In this document: positions 33,450-34,803 of the stretch, piece by piece
Numbering within the stretch: the first letter of the stretch is position 1
How the letters are laid out: the number at the start of each line of letters is the position of its first letter
NCBI GenBank assembly: GCA_021149145.1
Contig: GCA_021149145.1_4322.1
Source of the DNA: a phage
Length of the DNA: 34,803 bases
Strand: one strand, 5' to 3'
Notes under the pieces: model-generated
The model's input: only the letters and a program-made list of their open reading frames with translations
Told to the model about the DNA's origin: nothing
The model's database searches: none
Program-made: the position numbers and the translations under genes

Positions 33450-34139
33450 ATGGTTATTTGGTCTTTATTTGATGGTTCAGGGCTGGCTGTGAAAGATTGG
33501 GCTGAGGCTTGTCACGAGTGCTACTGTTTCAACTTTGATGAGTCTGACCACGGTAGTTACGGGGATTTAAATGCAAAATTTGAACATGAGAACATCACCT
33601 ACGTTAATGCCTGGATAGATGGCAACTTCGACTTTGATGTGAAGCCTGATATCATTTTAGCGTTCCCGCCGTGTACGGATTTAGCCGTGAGCGGGTCAAG
33701 GCACTTTGAGCGAAAGCGACTGGTTAACCATAACTTCCAGATTGAAGCTGCGGAAACATGTAAAGTTGCTTTTAACTTGGCTAATAAGTACGAAGTCCCA
33801 TACATGATTGAGAATCCAATCAGCGTACTGTCATCACTCTGGAGAAAGCCTAATAAGACTTTCCACCCATATGAATACGGAGGCTATTTGCCGGAAGATG
33901 ATTTACACCCGTTTTTTAGCGACCTAATAAAGCCAAAAGACGCATATCCCAAGAAGACATGCATTTGGTATGGCAATGGGTTTAAATGGCCAGAGGCGAT
34001 TCCTGTGGACGTTAACGATGGATTCTCTGACCAATACAAGAAGCTTGGTGGGAAGAGTAAGAAGACAAAGGTAATTCGCAGTCTAACTCCTCGCGGTTTT
34101 GCAAAAGCAGTCTTCATAGCAAATAGCACGAATAGATAA
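33450..34139 (+). CDS. SAM-dependent DNA methyltransferase-like protein (about 229 aa; specificity uncertain)
   Basis: Track ORF 33417 (TTG); better ATG at 33450 with GAGAGAGG RBS; FDGSG (FxGxG-like), FPPC and ENP segments; size matches the small T1 Dam class as I recall it; ends ...ANSTNR via the promoter element. Confidence 0.5.
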   Translation: MVIWSLFDGSGLAVKDWAEACHECYCFNFDESDHGSYGDLNAKFEHENITYVNAWIDGNFDFDVKPDIILAFPPCTDLAVSGSRHFERKRLVNHNFQIEAAETCKVAFNLANKYEVPYMIENPISVLSSLWRKPNKTFHPYEYGGYLPEDDLHPFFSDLIKPKDAYPKKTCIWYGNGFKWPEAIPVDVNDGFSDQYKKLGGKSKKTKVIRSLTPRGFAKAVFIANSTNR

Positions 34140-34166
34140 AGACAAATCCCAAGGATGAGATATCAT
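34122..34166 (+). promoter_or_regulatory. Motif-type promoter (element + TATCAT)
   Basis: AATAGCACGAATAGATAAA, 22 nt, TATCAT, leader ...CCATTGAAACGAAACACAC, AAGGAA RBS, ATG at 34208. Confidence 0.45.
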
Positions 34167-34177
34167 TACTCCATTGA

Positions 34178-34437
<260 letters not shown>

Positions 34438-34438
<1 letters not shown>

Positions 34439-34803
34439 TGGCTCAGGGTATCTATATAGACCTTAATGACGGAAGGAATCCAATGACAATTACCTCAGGG
34501 ATGAGGGCGTTAAGCTTCGCTGGAAACTTTAACGTTAATAGTCGTGGCTTTAGTAAGACATTCTCAATTCAGGGAAATGAAGGTGCATCACGTTTTTTAA
34601 TTCCTAATAATGGTGCCTTCAGCTTCAGGCTTGACAGGGGTGTTGAGCTTTATTATATAAGTGGATTTTCATCAACACCTACATCTGGGACAATCTCAAT
34701 AGGTTCAGTGAATGGATATTCTAACAGGATCACGTCATTTTCAGGGACTGTTATTGAGGTCTTGGGGGCATCAAGCGGCCATGGCATATACGTTGCTGAT
34801 AGT
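34438..34803 (+). CDS. Hypothetical protein, N-terminal 122 codons (continues beyond window end)
   Basis: ATG overlaps lipoprotein stop (TAATG); open to the window end; Gly/Ser-rich. Confidence 0.45.

Overview
The window reads as one contiguous ~35 kb segment of a tailed-phage genome with no integrase or host genes visible. It resembles T1-type enterobacterial siphophages (lipoprotein-plus-C-terminal-TMD unimolecular spanin, SAR endolysin and pinholin; Erf, PD-(D/E)XK exonuclease and SSB; a ~230-aa methyltransferase-like gene); that family assignment is inference from motifs and gene order, not from a search. Layout: 1-9600 (-) packaging and head/neck module, tail genes continuing off the left edge; 9700-13165 (-) small genes, a tRNA-Arg(CCU) and an HNH endonuclease; 13200-13800 AT-rich divergent control region; 13838-17360 (+) island of small genes plus a 527-aa Walker A/B ATPase; 17366-18449 (-) lysis cassette; 18577-25958 (-) nucleotide-metabolism genes, VRR-NUC nuclease and an intein-interrupted helicase; 26055-30518 (+) HTH regulator, HNH-AP2 endonuclease remnant, primase and an 817-aa tailspike; 30549-32908 (-) SSB, Erf, exonuclease; 32909-33420 a second AT-rich control region paralogous to the first; 33450-end (+) methyltransferase-like gene, lipoprotein and a partial CDS. 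The most notable signals are (1) a helicase split by a ~380-codon intein inside its DE|CH box, with the LAGLIDADG endonuclease in a different frame from the splicing blocks; (2) a conserved 19-bp element placed a fixed 21-22 bp upstream of a TATNAT hexamer in at least 12 places, often containing the upstream gene's stop codon; (3) two paralogous control regions with iteron-like repeats; (4) a 24-codon CAG/CAA tract in SSB; (5) several interrupted genes. All functional calls rest on motifs I could read directly and on synteny; no database search was run.
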